Below, piece by piece: positions 18,748-27,984 of a stretch of 64,000 nucleotides of DNA. Position 1 is the stretch's first letter, and each line of letters begins with the position of its first letter. The position numbers and the translations under genes were made by a program. The notes beneath the pieces are model-generated. The model had not been told where the DNA came from and did not search any database. It was given only the letters and a program-made list of their open reading frames with translations. The DNA comes from Candidatus Heimdallarchaeota archaeon (GTDB taxonomy: Archaea; Asgardarchaeota; Heimdallarchaeia; Heimdallarchaeales; Heimdallarchaeaceae), in assembly GCA_019057815.1 (NCBI GenBank), contig JAHLWR010000002.1, positions 128,001 through 192,000 on the forward strand, written 5' to 3'.

Positions 18748-19563
18748 TTATTCGGATATTTTAACTCTCTTTATACTCTCATCTTGATTTTCTGGAATAG
18801 ATGTTTTTTTCATCATTGTTTTTGGCAAAACAGCGCTGGCTCTAATCAACAAAACAGAGTATAAGATTGCCATAATAATTAAAGCTGGTCGAACATTTAA
18901 TTCTGCTATTGCATTTGAAGGTATCATGAAATAAATTAGGAAAGCATAACCTACACCCAAAAGTGTCAGAAGTGTTAAAATAATAAAGGGCCATAGAAAA
19001 CCTCCTAACATATTAGATAATTTTCGCCAAAAACTAGTAGATGCTATTTTTTTGAACTCAAAATCGGTTTTTATTAGATTCTGTTTATATTGTTCGAGTT
19101 GGTTTCTTGAATAATTACTGCGAGGTCTAATAATATCAAAATCGCTTTTGAAATATTCCATGTAGAAGAAAGTCGTAAAAAGACGAATAACGATGAAAAG
19201 ACCGATAATTATTTGCCAAAGAATAATTTCAATTCTTCCAAAAGTACCTTGAAAGAATATGGAATCAAAGTTCACTAAAAACATAGATACAATTGTCCCA
19301 AAAATTAATAGAAAACCAAATCTTAAGTAAGAAGCTGTTCCAATGGATTCATTACTAAAGAAATCTAGTGATACACTTATAACTCCCAGTAATAACCAAA
19401 TAGCGAATGGTATATAATTAAGACTTATTGCAGATTGAATAATTATTAATGCAAAAGTAATAGCTCCAGAGATGTGATGAGTTGAACGAGCTCTATTACT
19501 ACCTCTAACTGAAAGAAAAATTTTTTCCCAATCTTCTTCAAATGTACGATCACGGATTCTCAT
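18748..19563 (-). CDS. Multi-pass membrane protein (last gene of MoxR cluster 2)
   Basis: About 6 hydrophobic segments. Starts 4 nt after the DUF58 stop, the same position as 4424..6031 in cluster 1. Confidence 0.75.
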   Translation of the reverse strand: MRIRDRTFEEDWEKIFLSVRGSNRARSTHHISGAITFALIIIQSAISLNYIPFAIWLLLGVISVSLDFFSNESIGTASYLRFGFLLIFGTIVSMFLVNFDSIFFQGTFGRIEIILWQIIIGLFIVIRLFTTFFYMEYFKSDFDIIRPRSNYSRNQLEQYKQNLIKTDFEFKKIASTSFWRKLSNMLGGFLWPFIILTLLTLLGVGYAFLIYFMIPSNAIAELNVRPALIIMAILYSVLLIRASAVLPKTMMKKTSIPENQDESIKRVKISE

Positions 19564-19567
19564 CTTT

Positions 19568-20959
19568 TTATACCCTTATAGCTTCTCTAATTATTCGTTG
19601 TGTGGGAGAGTATTTCTTCATCAAACGGTAAAGTGACAAAATGATATTATCATCATAACCCTTTACATCAACAAAGTCCCCACCAACAGTAAAGAGGATT
19701 TCTCTGACAAGTATTTCCCTTTGTTTATATTCATCTTTTACCAAACTTGGTAATACATTTCCCAGTATCTGATTATACTCCTTGTGTATAGATTGATTTT
19801 GCAACCATTCAGGTGATGACAACAGATTGAAACCCATAGTTGAAAAATTAACAAAAATTATTCGACTTGCCATGGATCTTAGAAGCTGTAATCCACGCAA
19901 TTTTTGTGTGATGTCTCCTTCTAAATCGGAAAAAATGATAGCAATAGAATGGTGTAATTGTTGGTTTTTTACAAAATTTATAGCTCTTATAAGGTTACTC
20001 TGAATACCTGTAGGCTCTAAATCGTACAAATTAAGCATTAGTTTTAACTCGTCTTTCCCAACCTGTGGAACAATATATCTTTGTACTTCTTCTTCATAGG
20101 CTATTATAGCCAAATCATGTTGTGTTCCTTGTATCAGTGATGAAAGTTCAACAACTGATGAGAGAGCATAGTCAAACTTAGGTCCAAACATATTACTACC
20201 AAGGTCTAGAAAAATAAGAAAATGGAGATTCTTCTGATCCTCAAATTCTTTGGATATTAGCTTATCTTGTCTAGCTGTTGCAAACCAATGAATATGTTTA
20301 AAATGGTCTCCTAGTTGATATTCACGTAGTGAATGAAATTCATCACCTCTCCCTTTAATTCTATGAGCAAATTCATGAATCATTTTAAGGAGGAGATCTT
20401 TCTTCGTTTTCCAGGGGATATAAGTTCTAGGCCGTTGAGGAAGAACTTTGATAGATTTAATATCCCCTAATATTCTTCGATTTATAAATATACTTTGAAA
20501 GGGGCTCAATGAGATTTCGATTGGACCAACACTTCCACTACCTCTTCTAGCCGCCAAAAGTAACCAGTGTATTTTTTTGGATTCTTTGGGTTGAATCCTT
20601 ATGTTTAAGGTTTCAGGAGTGTCTATACACGTAAAGTGGTACGAGTAACTCAGTGTGATTCGAACAAACCTTGGTTTTTCAGCAGTATTTGTTATTTCAG
20701 CAGCAATAGCTATAAGTCCCCTATTTCTAACATATTCTTTCGAAAGTTTGATTGACACATTAAATTCTACATTTCTATTCGAAAGAAAATAAATAAAAGC
20801 TGAAGAAATAATCAACCAAAAGAAGCATCCAGGGATTATAAAAAGAAAATTATCAATTGCCAAACCTAGAATCACAGAAATACTCGACAACAACAAAAAG
20901 GTCTTACCATTCTTTGTTAATTCTATGTTCGCTTTACTATTCATAGGATTTTTCCTCAT
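19568..20959 (-). CDS. DUF58 / vWA-like MoxR partner
   Basis: GDEFHSLREYQLGD..HIHWFATAR..LISKEFE; N-terminal TMs; IIFSD. Confidence 0.88.
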   Translation of the reverse strand: MRKNPMNSKANIELTKNGKTFLLLSSISVILGLAIDNFLFIIPGCFFWLIISSAFIYFLSNRNVEFNVSIKLSKEYVRNRGLIAIAAEITNTAEKPRFVRITLSYSYHFTCIDTPETLNIRIQPKESKKIHWLLLAARRGSGSVGPIEISLSPFQSIFINRRILGDIKSIKVLPQRPRTYIPWKTKKDLLLKMIHEFAHRIKGRGDEFHSLREYQLGDHFKHIHWFATARQDKLISKEFEDQKNLHFLIFLDLGSNMFGPKFDYALSSVVELSSLIQGTQHDLAIIAYEEEVQRYIVPQVGKDELKLMLNLYDLEPTGIQSNLIRAINFVKNQQLHHSIAIIFSDLEGDITQKLRGLQLLRSMASRIIFVNFSTMGFNLLSSPEWLQNQSIHKEYNQILGNVLPSLVKDEYKQREILVREILFTVGGDFVDVKGYDDNIILSLYRLMKKYSPTQRIIREAIRV

Positions 20960-20964
20960 TCATA

Positions 20965-21909
20965 TTAGATAACAACATGTACTTCTGAAAGTATGTTCTC
21001 AATTATTTCTGAGACCCTTATTTGCTCAATTTCAGCTTCAGGAGAGAGTATGAGTCTATGATTCATAACTGGAAAGAAAATTGATTTTATATCATCTGGT
21101 TCTATGTAATCTCTACCTCTTATTGCTGCTATTGCTCTACTTAGAGTCATGAGAGCTATAGAGCCACGAGGGCTAGATCCTAACGAAAGAGAGGGTATCG
21201 AACGTGTTGCCACTACTAAATTTGATATGTATTCCATTATTTGATCGCTAACTACAACATCTTTTTCTATTTCGTGTTTTAGTTTGCTAATTGTATTTTG
21301 ATCAGTCACTTGCTCAATATCAGCAAACATCTTCACTTTCTTCATTTTTAGCATAGCAATTTCCCCTTCCAAATCTGGTGGGTAAACTGGAATTTTTACT
21401 AAGAAACGATCAATTTGAGCTTCAGGGAGCGGATATACACCTGTTAATTCAATAGGGTTTTGAGTTGCAATAACTATAAAGGGTTCAGGAAGTTTGTGTG
21501 TTTCTTGCCCAACTGACACTTGTCGTTCTTGCATCGCTTCTAATAATGCGGATTGTGTCTTTGGAGGGCTACGATTTATTTCATCAGCAAGAAGAATATT
21601 TGTAAATACAGGTCCTTTAAAGAAGCTAAATGAACTTGTTTCTCTTTCAAAAATAAGCCCTCCTGAGATATCAGTAGGCATCATATCACTTGTGAATTGT
21701 ATTCGTGTAAAATCCATCTTCATAGTTTCTGCTAGTGTACTAGCCATTAGCGTTTTAGCTATCCCAGGAACACCTTCAAGCAGACAATGCCCGCCAGCTA
21801 ACATTGTAGCAAACATTAACTCAATGACATTTTCATTCTGCACTATACGTTTTCGCATTTCACCCATAATATTCTCAAAAATATCCTTTGCTTCATTTAC
21901 TTTAGTCAT
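20965..21909 (-). CDS. moxR: MoxR family AAA+ ATPase (second paralog)
   Basis: GVPGIAKT, RIQFTSDMMPTD, LADEINRSPPKTQSALLEAMQE, ATQNPIE..YPLPEAQIDRF. Confidence 0.95.
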   Translation of the reverse strand: MTKVNEAKDIFENIMGEMRKRIVQNENVIELMFATMLAGGHCLLEGVPGIAKTLMASTLAETMKMDFTRIQFTSDMMPTDISGGLIFERETSSFSFFKGPVFTNILLADEINRSPPKTQSALLEAMQERQVSVGQETHKLPEPFIVIATQNPIELTGVYPLPEAQIDRFLVKIPVYPPDLEGEIAMLKMKKVKMFADIEQVTDQNTISKLKHEIEKDVVVSDQIMEYISNLVVATRSIPSLSLGSSPRGSIALMTLSRAIAAIRGRDYIEPDDIKSIFFPVMNHRLILSPEAEIEQIRVSEIIENILSEVHVVI

Positions 21910-23187
21910 TTACATCAACCTTTTCCTTTTCTGAATCTCTTCCAATTTTGAAAACAGATAGATGAATGTATCATAATCTATCTTTCTAATAATCATTTCT
22001 TCAAACAGTTCTTTCTCCTCTTTAGTTAATAATAATGGTTTAATATAACTTAGCTTTTGCTGAAGATATAAGTTAAAAGCCTGGGGATGTAGTTCGTATT
22101 GAAAATATAAAGAAAAAAGAATCTTCTCTTCAACAGTAGGTTTAACAACTTGTCCAAATGTATCATATAATTCTCGTCCCCTGCTCCAGATTTTATTGGA
22201 CAAAAAATTACGGTATGATTCTGTTGGTTTAAATAATTTCTGTATCCTTGGAGCAAAATAATACAATATTAAAAGTAGGAGAACAACAATAAATATTAGT
22301 AATTGTGATTTTGATAGCAAGACTAAATTTCCATAAGATTGGTTTATTATTCCTTCTGTAGATCTTAAAGGCCACTTTTTGTGGCTCTCCTCAAAACATA
22401 CTAAGCTTGGTTTTTCTGGTGATAAAATACTTAAATAATATCTGATGAGATCAATATTACCATAAAATTTCGTATAAAGATCATTGACCAAGAAGCTTGA
22501 AGAAGTTATAGCTATTATTATTCCTCTTCCTCTTCTTATCACAGTACCAATTTTGTGGAGTTGTGTTCTTTCCATTAAAACTGACCAAATTCCATCATTA
22601 TTAGAGTCTATAAACGTGGTTCCTGCTGTAACTATATTCCCAATTTCTCTTTGATTTCTATCACTAGCTATTTCTAGAATAGCTTTTGGCTTAACAAAGC
22701 AGAGAGTATCATTAATCTCTGTAGAATTTACAAGTATGATTTCAGGTGATTTGTAATAGTGAACTGTCTCAAAAAGACTTAATCCGGAATAAATTATACC
22801 AAAATACGCAGCTAAACCTGCAACTACTCCATCTCCCCCAAGTAGAACAAGAGTACCACCTCTCAAGACAAAAGAATCAATAATTGCTCTCTCTGGATTA
22901 CGATAAGTCTTTGTACCACCCGCTATCACTAAAGTTGAAGTAGAGTTAAGGTCCATAATAGGATCTGTTGATAACAGGGTTCTCGAAATATTATAACCAT
23001 CATGAAATAACAATGCATCAACATAAGACATACCGTCAGGACCTCTATTTTCGATCGAATATGGGGGAGGAGAACTTGCAAAGTTTATACTTAAAGGGAG
23101 AAGAATAACCACAAATAGAATTATTGTTTGAATTAGTACTTTGAACAGAGGAAAATTTTGAGCACTATAAAGATTTTTCAGTTTCAT
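21910..23187 (-). CDS. DUF4350-like membrane-anchored protein (second paralog)
   Basis: YSIENRGPDGMS, FVLRGGTLVLLG, GRGIIIAITSSSFLVN, CFEESH, flanking TMs. Abuts moxR. Confidence 0.8.
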   Translation of the reverse strand: MKLKNLYSAQNFPLFKVLIQTIILFVVILLPLSINFASSPPPYSIENRGPDGMSYVDALLFHDGYNISRTLLSTDPIMDLNSTSTLVIAGGTKTYRNPERAIIDSFVLRGGTLVLLGGDGVVAGLAAYFGIIYSGLSLFETVHYYKSPEIILVNSTEINDTLCFVKPKAILEIASDRNQREIGNIVTAGTTFIDSNNDGIWSVLMERTQLHKIGTVIRRGRGIIIAITSSSFLVNDLYTKFYGNIDLIRYYLSILSPEKPSLVCFEESHKKWPLRSTEGIINQSYGNLVLLSKSQLLIFIVVLLLLILYYFAPRIQKLFKPTESYRNFLSNKIWSRGRELYDTFGQVVKPTVEEKILFSLYFQYELHPQAFNLYLQQKLSYIKPLLLTKEEKELFEEMIIRKIDYDTFIYLFSKLEEIQKRKRLM

Positions 23188-23189
23188 TG

Positions 23190-23957
23190 TTAGCTATCCT
23201 TTAGTGATTTTTCATAAATTTGTATTTCATATCTTGATTTACTAAGTGCTTGCATGGTTAGAAGTTTTTCAATGAATAGTATCAAATCTTCATGTTTCAT
23301 CTCAGCGAGCTGATATCTTGCAGAATAGAAGAGACTGATTATTACATCAATATGTTCAATAATTTCTGGTAAATCAAGTGAGAGAATGAATTCTTTTGGC
23401 GTTAGAAAATTCTCTCTCTTCTTACCAATCATTTTTCGCATATTTTGATCTAGCTTGTGATATCCATAGATAATACCTTCAGCATAACTGCCTTTTTGAA
23501 GAAACTCACTAAGAATATCAATTAGAGTTTTAATATGTGTTTGAAACTTATCTCTTCGCGAATCAATAATTGTTTTTTTCACTACGGATGACGAAGAAAT
23601 CATTCGTCTATCTTCAGTTCGTTTTCTGAGGGTCAAAGCAACAGCTAAAACAAGTAAAATCACTCCTATAATTACAGGGATAATTTGCGGTGATATTAAG
23701 GGTTCTTTGTTAAACTCAACAGGTTTTTCTGGAATTTCTGGTCCTGAAGAAGGAACAGTAGGAGCAGTTGGTGTAGAAGTAGAAGAAGAGGGAGAGGTAG
23801 AAGAAGATGTAGTTTGGTCTGTACTTTGAAGAGATGTTGATTCAACATCATCTAAACTCACATAACTTTCTTGTGAGCTGTTAGCTAAAATAAAAATAAC
23901 TATACAAGCTATTATAATCCAGATTTTTGTGTTGAAAAATTTCTTAACATTGTTCAC
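23190..23957 (-). CDS. Membrane protein with Ser/Thr/Pro stalk and C-terminal DUF4129-like domain
   Basis: Signal/TM, STSLQSTDQTTSSSTSPSSSTSTPTAPTVP stalk, TM, then YAEGIIYGY..LTPKEF..LFYSARY. Confidence 0.78.
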   Translation of the reverse strand: MNNVKKFFNTKIWIIIACIVIFILANSSQESYVSLDDVESTSLQSTDQTTSSSTSPSSSTSTPTAPTVPSSGPEIPEKPVEFNKEPLISPQIIPVIIGVILLVLAVALTLRKRTEDRRMISSSSVVKKTIIDSRRDKFQTHIKTLIDILSEFLQKGSYAEGIIYGYHKLDQNMRKMIGKKRENFLTPKEFILSLDLPEIIEHIDVIISLFYSARYQLAEMKHEDLILFIEKLLTMQALSKSRYEIQIYEKSLKDS

Positions 23958-24918
23958 CCTTTATCTCACCTCTGTTCACTTCTTCAATTATTGATTCACT
24001 TTGTTGAATAAAAGCATACACTTTACATAGACTCCACATTCCTGATACACATATTTGGAGTTTGTGCGATGCGGTTTTATAACCTAGATAAGAACACCTT
24101 TGTTCCTCAAAATAAGGACAAACGTTAGTTTGTCTTATCTTTATCATTGCTTCAAGCTTTCTATTTAGATATATCATAGAAAATGCTTTTGTCTTTTTAG
24201 TTGCTTCATAATTTGAACCACTACGATCAAAAATAGTAACGACTGAAACTGGTGTTTCAGGAAGAATTTCAGGAGAATAAACAACTTTGGAACCTTTCTT
24301 TGGAAATATAAGATAAGAAAGTTTTCTACCAAGTATTGTACCTAGATAACCGCCAACAGCGCTGAAAATAAGAAAACTCGCCGTAAACATGAAAATAAAG
24401 CTGAAGAAAAGAAAATTAGGCAAAATTGAGGCTATTAGGTCTATATTTGAAGTTGTAAATAAGAAGATTTGTGATATATATAATAGAACAACGAAGAGAA
24501 AAGAAAGTAGTGAACTAATTAAAACTAAATCTATAGCATCTTTTTCCCATACAATTCCAGTTACCAAACCAGCAATGAAAAACGGAATTAAGGTATTAAT
24601 AATAATTCCATTAATAAATTCCATTATATTTTGCGCTTCGAATGTTATAGAGAAAGGCAAGAATAAGATTTCATCTGGTGACCAAACAAGATTTTCTATT
24701 ACATAGTTATTTTGAAGGGAAAAAAAGAATATTGAAAAGAATATTGAAATACCATAACTAAGGGAGAGATAAAATGAACCCCTCAATATAAGATTCGTAA
24801 AGTACTCTTTCCTACCACGTTTACCTCTATGAGGGAATAATACTTTAAGAAACACTTCCTTCATTGGTTTGTTGGATGGATGTGTTTTAGCACTTCTAGA
24901 ATTTTTGTGATTACTCAT
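23944..24918 (-). CDS. Multi-pass membrane protein with C-terminal Cys4 motif
   Basis: Start placed at ATG 24918, which overlaps the upstream TGA (ATGA) behind GAGGGGA. About 4 TMs; tail CPYFEEQRC..IC..WSLC. Confidence 0.75.
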   Translation of the reverse strand: MSNHKNSRSAKTHPSNKPMKEVFLKVLFPHRGKRGRKEYFTNLILRGSFYLSLSYGISIFFSIFFFSLQNNYVIENLVWSPDEILFLPFSITFEAQNIMEFINGIIINTLIPFFIAGLVTGIVWEKDAIDLVLISSLLSFLFVVLLYISQIFLFTTSNIDLIASILPNFLFFSFIFMFTASFLIFSAVGGYLGTILGRKLSYLIFPKKGSKVVYSPEILPETPVSVVTIFDRSGSNYEATKKTKAFSMIYLNRKLEAMIKIRQTNVCPYFEEQRCSYLGYKTASHKLQICVSGMWSLCKVYAFIQQSESIIEEVNRGEIKGEQC

Positions 24919-26609
24919 TTTATCCCCTCGCTCAAAATTAGTTTTGACCCAGAAATAACTTTTATAAGATAAGCAATACTTACAAAGAAAATCACCATCA
25001 CACAAATCAGGCTAGTAAAGCCATATAGAAAACGAAAAGAGAAGATCAGTACTAATGCGAAAACACCCATATATAGTGAGGATACAATAAGAGAAAGTAC
25101 AACAATTGACGTGACAATTATTGAACTTAACATTGATTGGACTCTATTTTTAGCAGAAAAAAACCACACAAATGTGATTAGAAGAGCTAATAAAATTGCT
25201 ACAATAAAGACTACATATCCAAGAAAAGAAACGGAACTTTGTATATCCATAAAGACAAATAACAAACTTATCAAAATCCCTACAATAATAACTCTAGTAA
25301 AACCGACTGAAAAGCTCACATAAAGCGGTGGAAACGATGAATTCATTTTGTCATATAATGTTGTTACTTCTCTACCACAAGACCAACAATTTCTTGCAAA
25401 AGCAGGAACTAGTTGATTACAATTATTACATTGCAGTTTTGGGAAGAACCAACATAAATCACAGTATTCGCTATTATAATTTCTTGTAAAACAGTTTGAA
25501 CATAAAAACTCCTTTTCAGATTCTTTATACAAGTATGGGTACTTTGGTTTTGATTTTAACACTTTTGCAAGTTTTCCACTTTTATCTCTAAGGACTGGGC
25601 ATTCAGATGACATATGCTCTGTGAAACAAAACAAACAGTATTTTGGAATTTTTATTAACAATATTAGTGCAAAAAAAATGTATAGAACATATGAGCTGTA
25701 ATTCATAATAGATAGTGCAGTTAAATTCTCATTAACTACTGAATAATAATTTACTAAACCATGAAAACCGGTACCTAAAAAAAGGAAAACACTAAAAATG
25801 AGAATCCTTACTTTTTTCGGGTAACTTCTGCCTATGAAAATTATTCCAATCCCTAGTGCAACAATCATTGAAGAAACACTATGAAGAGGATAGATTGTCC
25901 TACCAAAAAGTAAAGAGCTGATCACAAAGTTTGTAGAAAGAGTTGAATAAGACAAAAATTGTTCTATTAAGTCGAACCATGCACCAAAAAAACCACCAAG
26001 AAAGACAGCCATTCTTAGAGAGGGTACTAAACGAGTCTCATAGTTAAATTCTTCATGGGAAAGACGAGCATAATTTCCTAATAACATTACTACCGGAAAA
26101 ATTTTTGCTATCTCTTCTATAAGAGGGATTACAATAGCGTAAAACACATGTTGTATCTTTTGAGGAGTTAAAGGGGATATGTTCATCTGGTTAAGTACAG
26201 AATTTATTACAATAAAAAGGGAAAAAGCCTTATTTTCTATAACAACAGAAAAATAAGCAGTTAAGATACCAAGTATCATTAACAGGGGAAATATCAATTT
26301 AATTATTGACGACTCTGTTTTAGTAATTGAGATACTAAAAACTAGAAATAGTGTGATTACCCAGAATAGAAATCCTAGTATGAGAAATGAGACAACATAG
26401 ACTGGGAAATAAGGGGTATTAACGACATTGTAAGATATGTTGAGAAGAAGGATTATAATGGCAACTAGAATACCAACTATAATTGCTTTAATTAGGGTTG
26501 AAAAGGAAATTATTTTTCCATTAAGTTGAAAATTAAACAATGATTCATCAGTAGACCTATCCCTAAACAACTCAGCTTTTGATACAGGTTTATCACTATT
26601 TTCAATCAT
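24915..26609 (-). CDS. PrsW-family intramembrane glutamic protease fused to zinc ribbons and extra TMs
   Basis: PLIEEIAK (EExxK), FDLIEQ, PLHS and FHGLVN (HxxxN) motifs; CxxC pairs CLFC, CSNC, CDLC, CNNC, CWSC. Confidence 0.82.
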   Translation of the reverse strand: MIENSDKPVSKAELFRDRSTDESLFNFQLNGKIISFSTLIKAIIVGILVAIIILLLNISYNVVNTPYFPVYVVSFLILGFLFWVITLFLVFSISITKTESSIIKLIFPLLMILGILTAYFSVVIENKAFSLFIVINSVLNQMNISPLTPQKIQHVFYAIVIPLIEEIAKIFPVVMLLGNYARLSHEEFNYETRLVPSLRMAVFLGGFFGAWFDLIEQFLSYSTLSTNFVISSLLFGRTIYPLHSVSSMIVALGIGIIFIGRSYPKKVRILIFSVFLFLGTGFHGLVNYYSVVNENLTALSIMNYSSYVLYIFFALILLIKIPKYCLFCFTEHMSSECPVLRDKSGKLAKVLKSKPKYPYLYKESEKEFLCSNCFTRNYNSEYCDLCWFFPKLQCNNCNQLVPAFARNCWSCGREVTTLYDKMNSSFPPLYVSFSVGFTRVIIVGILISLLFVFMDIQSSVSFLGYVVFIVAILLALLITFVWFFSAKNRVQSMLSSIIVTSIVVLSLIVSSLYMGVFALVLIFSFRFLYGFTSLICVMVIFFVSIAYLIKVISGSKLILSEGIK

Positions 26610-26746
26610 AACATATTTTCACTTTACAGAGTATTGCTATTCATAAAACTATCAAACAGTAAAGATATCTTATATTGAACACTTAAAACTCTTTTCAAGA
26701 ATAAAGAAATTGATTTATATGAGAGAAAAAAAAAGAAAATTTCTTT

Positions 26747-26995
26747 TTATTCAATAAGAGCAGCTTCAGTTATATCTCCAATTGCTTTTATTAGGAAGAA
26801 TAAGAATATGACACAAGAACCTACTAGAATAGCTATTTGTGGTCCTCTTCCAAAAGCTAAAGGGTATCCGACACTACCAAAATAAAGCGTATCTGAACTC
26901 CCAATAATAATTGAAAATAGTATACCTATTAATGAAGCTGTAAGTGGGATAAACCAAAATAAAGTTACTTTCAATGCTTGAAGAACGCCTACCAT
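26747..26995 (-). CDS. Small two-TM membrane protein
   Basis: 82 aa, two hydrophobic helices, strong GGAGG RBS upstream of ATG. Confidence 0.7.
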   Translation of the reverse strand: MVGVLQALKVTLFWFIPLTASLIGILFSIIIGSSDTLYFGSVGYPLAFGRGPQIAILVGSCVIFLFFLIKAIGDITEAALIE

Positions 26996-27106
26996 TTTTT
27001 GACCTCCTAAGATTTACTCTTAGTACTTACACAGCTCTTTAACCATTGAATCTTTTAAATGTTTGTTTATTTCTTACTTTTTGAGCAAAAATAAAGTAAA
27101 AATGTA

Positions 27107-27826
27107 TCATAACAGTTTTGTAAGCCTGTCAATTTTCTTCTTAATTTCTTCAACACGCCCTACAGCACCAGATAACTGGTAATTTTGTAGTGCTTCTGTA
27201 TAATACTTTAATGCCATTTCTGTCTTTTCATCTTCTATAAACAAGCCATTATAATATGCAAGGTGAGCTTTTATAATTGGTTCATCAGAACCTTTTTCAC
27301 CTATTAGTTCAACAGCTTTCTTAAGGAAACCCTTTCTTCCTGAAATTGTTTTCTCTGCTGCAGCGCGGGATATATAGGATTTGGCTTTACAATCTAGCTC
27401 TTCTGCTGTGTTCCCAATTCTTTGAAAAGATATAGCTGCACGCTCAAAAAAAGAAGCAGCTTCAACAAATTTTTTTTCTTTCATCACTTGCCTTGCAATT
27501 ACAAGAAGAATTTTAGCTTGTTTTTCATGCACTCGTTGGAGTTCTGAGTCCATACTTAAACGTAGATAAAAGCCACCAGACCGTCCAAGATAATTTGCAG
27601 ATTCCAAAGCTTTATTTTCTTTAATTGATAGGTTTCCCAAGTACTCATAATACAAAGCTCTCGCTAAATCCAATTTTCTCCTATCTTCTTCCCCCTTCAG
27701 AATTTCTATAGCTTGCTCCGCAAGATTTGAAGCCTCTTTAAATTGTTTTCTTTGTGCAGCTAAACGAGCTTTCCCTAATTGTTCATTAGCTTTTTCTGTT
27801 ACTGATTTTCTTAATCCTTTAAACAA
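27107..27826 (-). CDS. TPR/alpha-helical repeat protein
   Basis: Repeated A..Y/F..AA..F helices (EAASFFERAAISFQRIG, ALKYYTEALQNY); GAGGTG RBS. Confidence 0.72.
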   Translation of the reverse strand: MFKGLRKSVTEKANEQLGKARLAAQRKQFKEASNLAEQAIEILKGEEDRRKLDLARALYYEYLGNLSIKENKALESANYLGRSGGFYLRLSMDSELQRVHEKQAKILLVIARQVMKEKKFVEAASFFERAAISFQRIGNTAEELDCKAKSYISRAAAEKTISGRKGFLKKAVELIGEKGSDEPIIKAHLAYYNGLFIEDEKTEMALKYYTEALQNYQLSGAVGRVEEIKKKIDRLTKLL

Positions 27827-27984
27827 CCGAACACCTCAAGGAATAAAATATAAACTTGTTATCATATATATGATAATTATTGTTATTTAAGTTTAATATA
27901 AAGTTATTTTTAAATGCCAGAACTTTACCAAGCAACTAGCACGACAAAGATATGGGTAATAACACAACTAGCTACTTCTTTTGG

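Noticed and set aside
24919-25005. 90-nt overlap implied by the track start of 23944..25005
   Set aside because: An ATG at 24918 with an RBS and ATGA coupling is the more plausible start.
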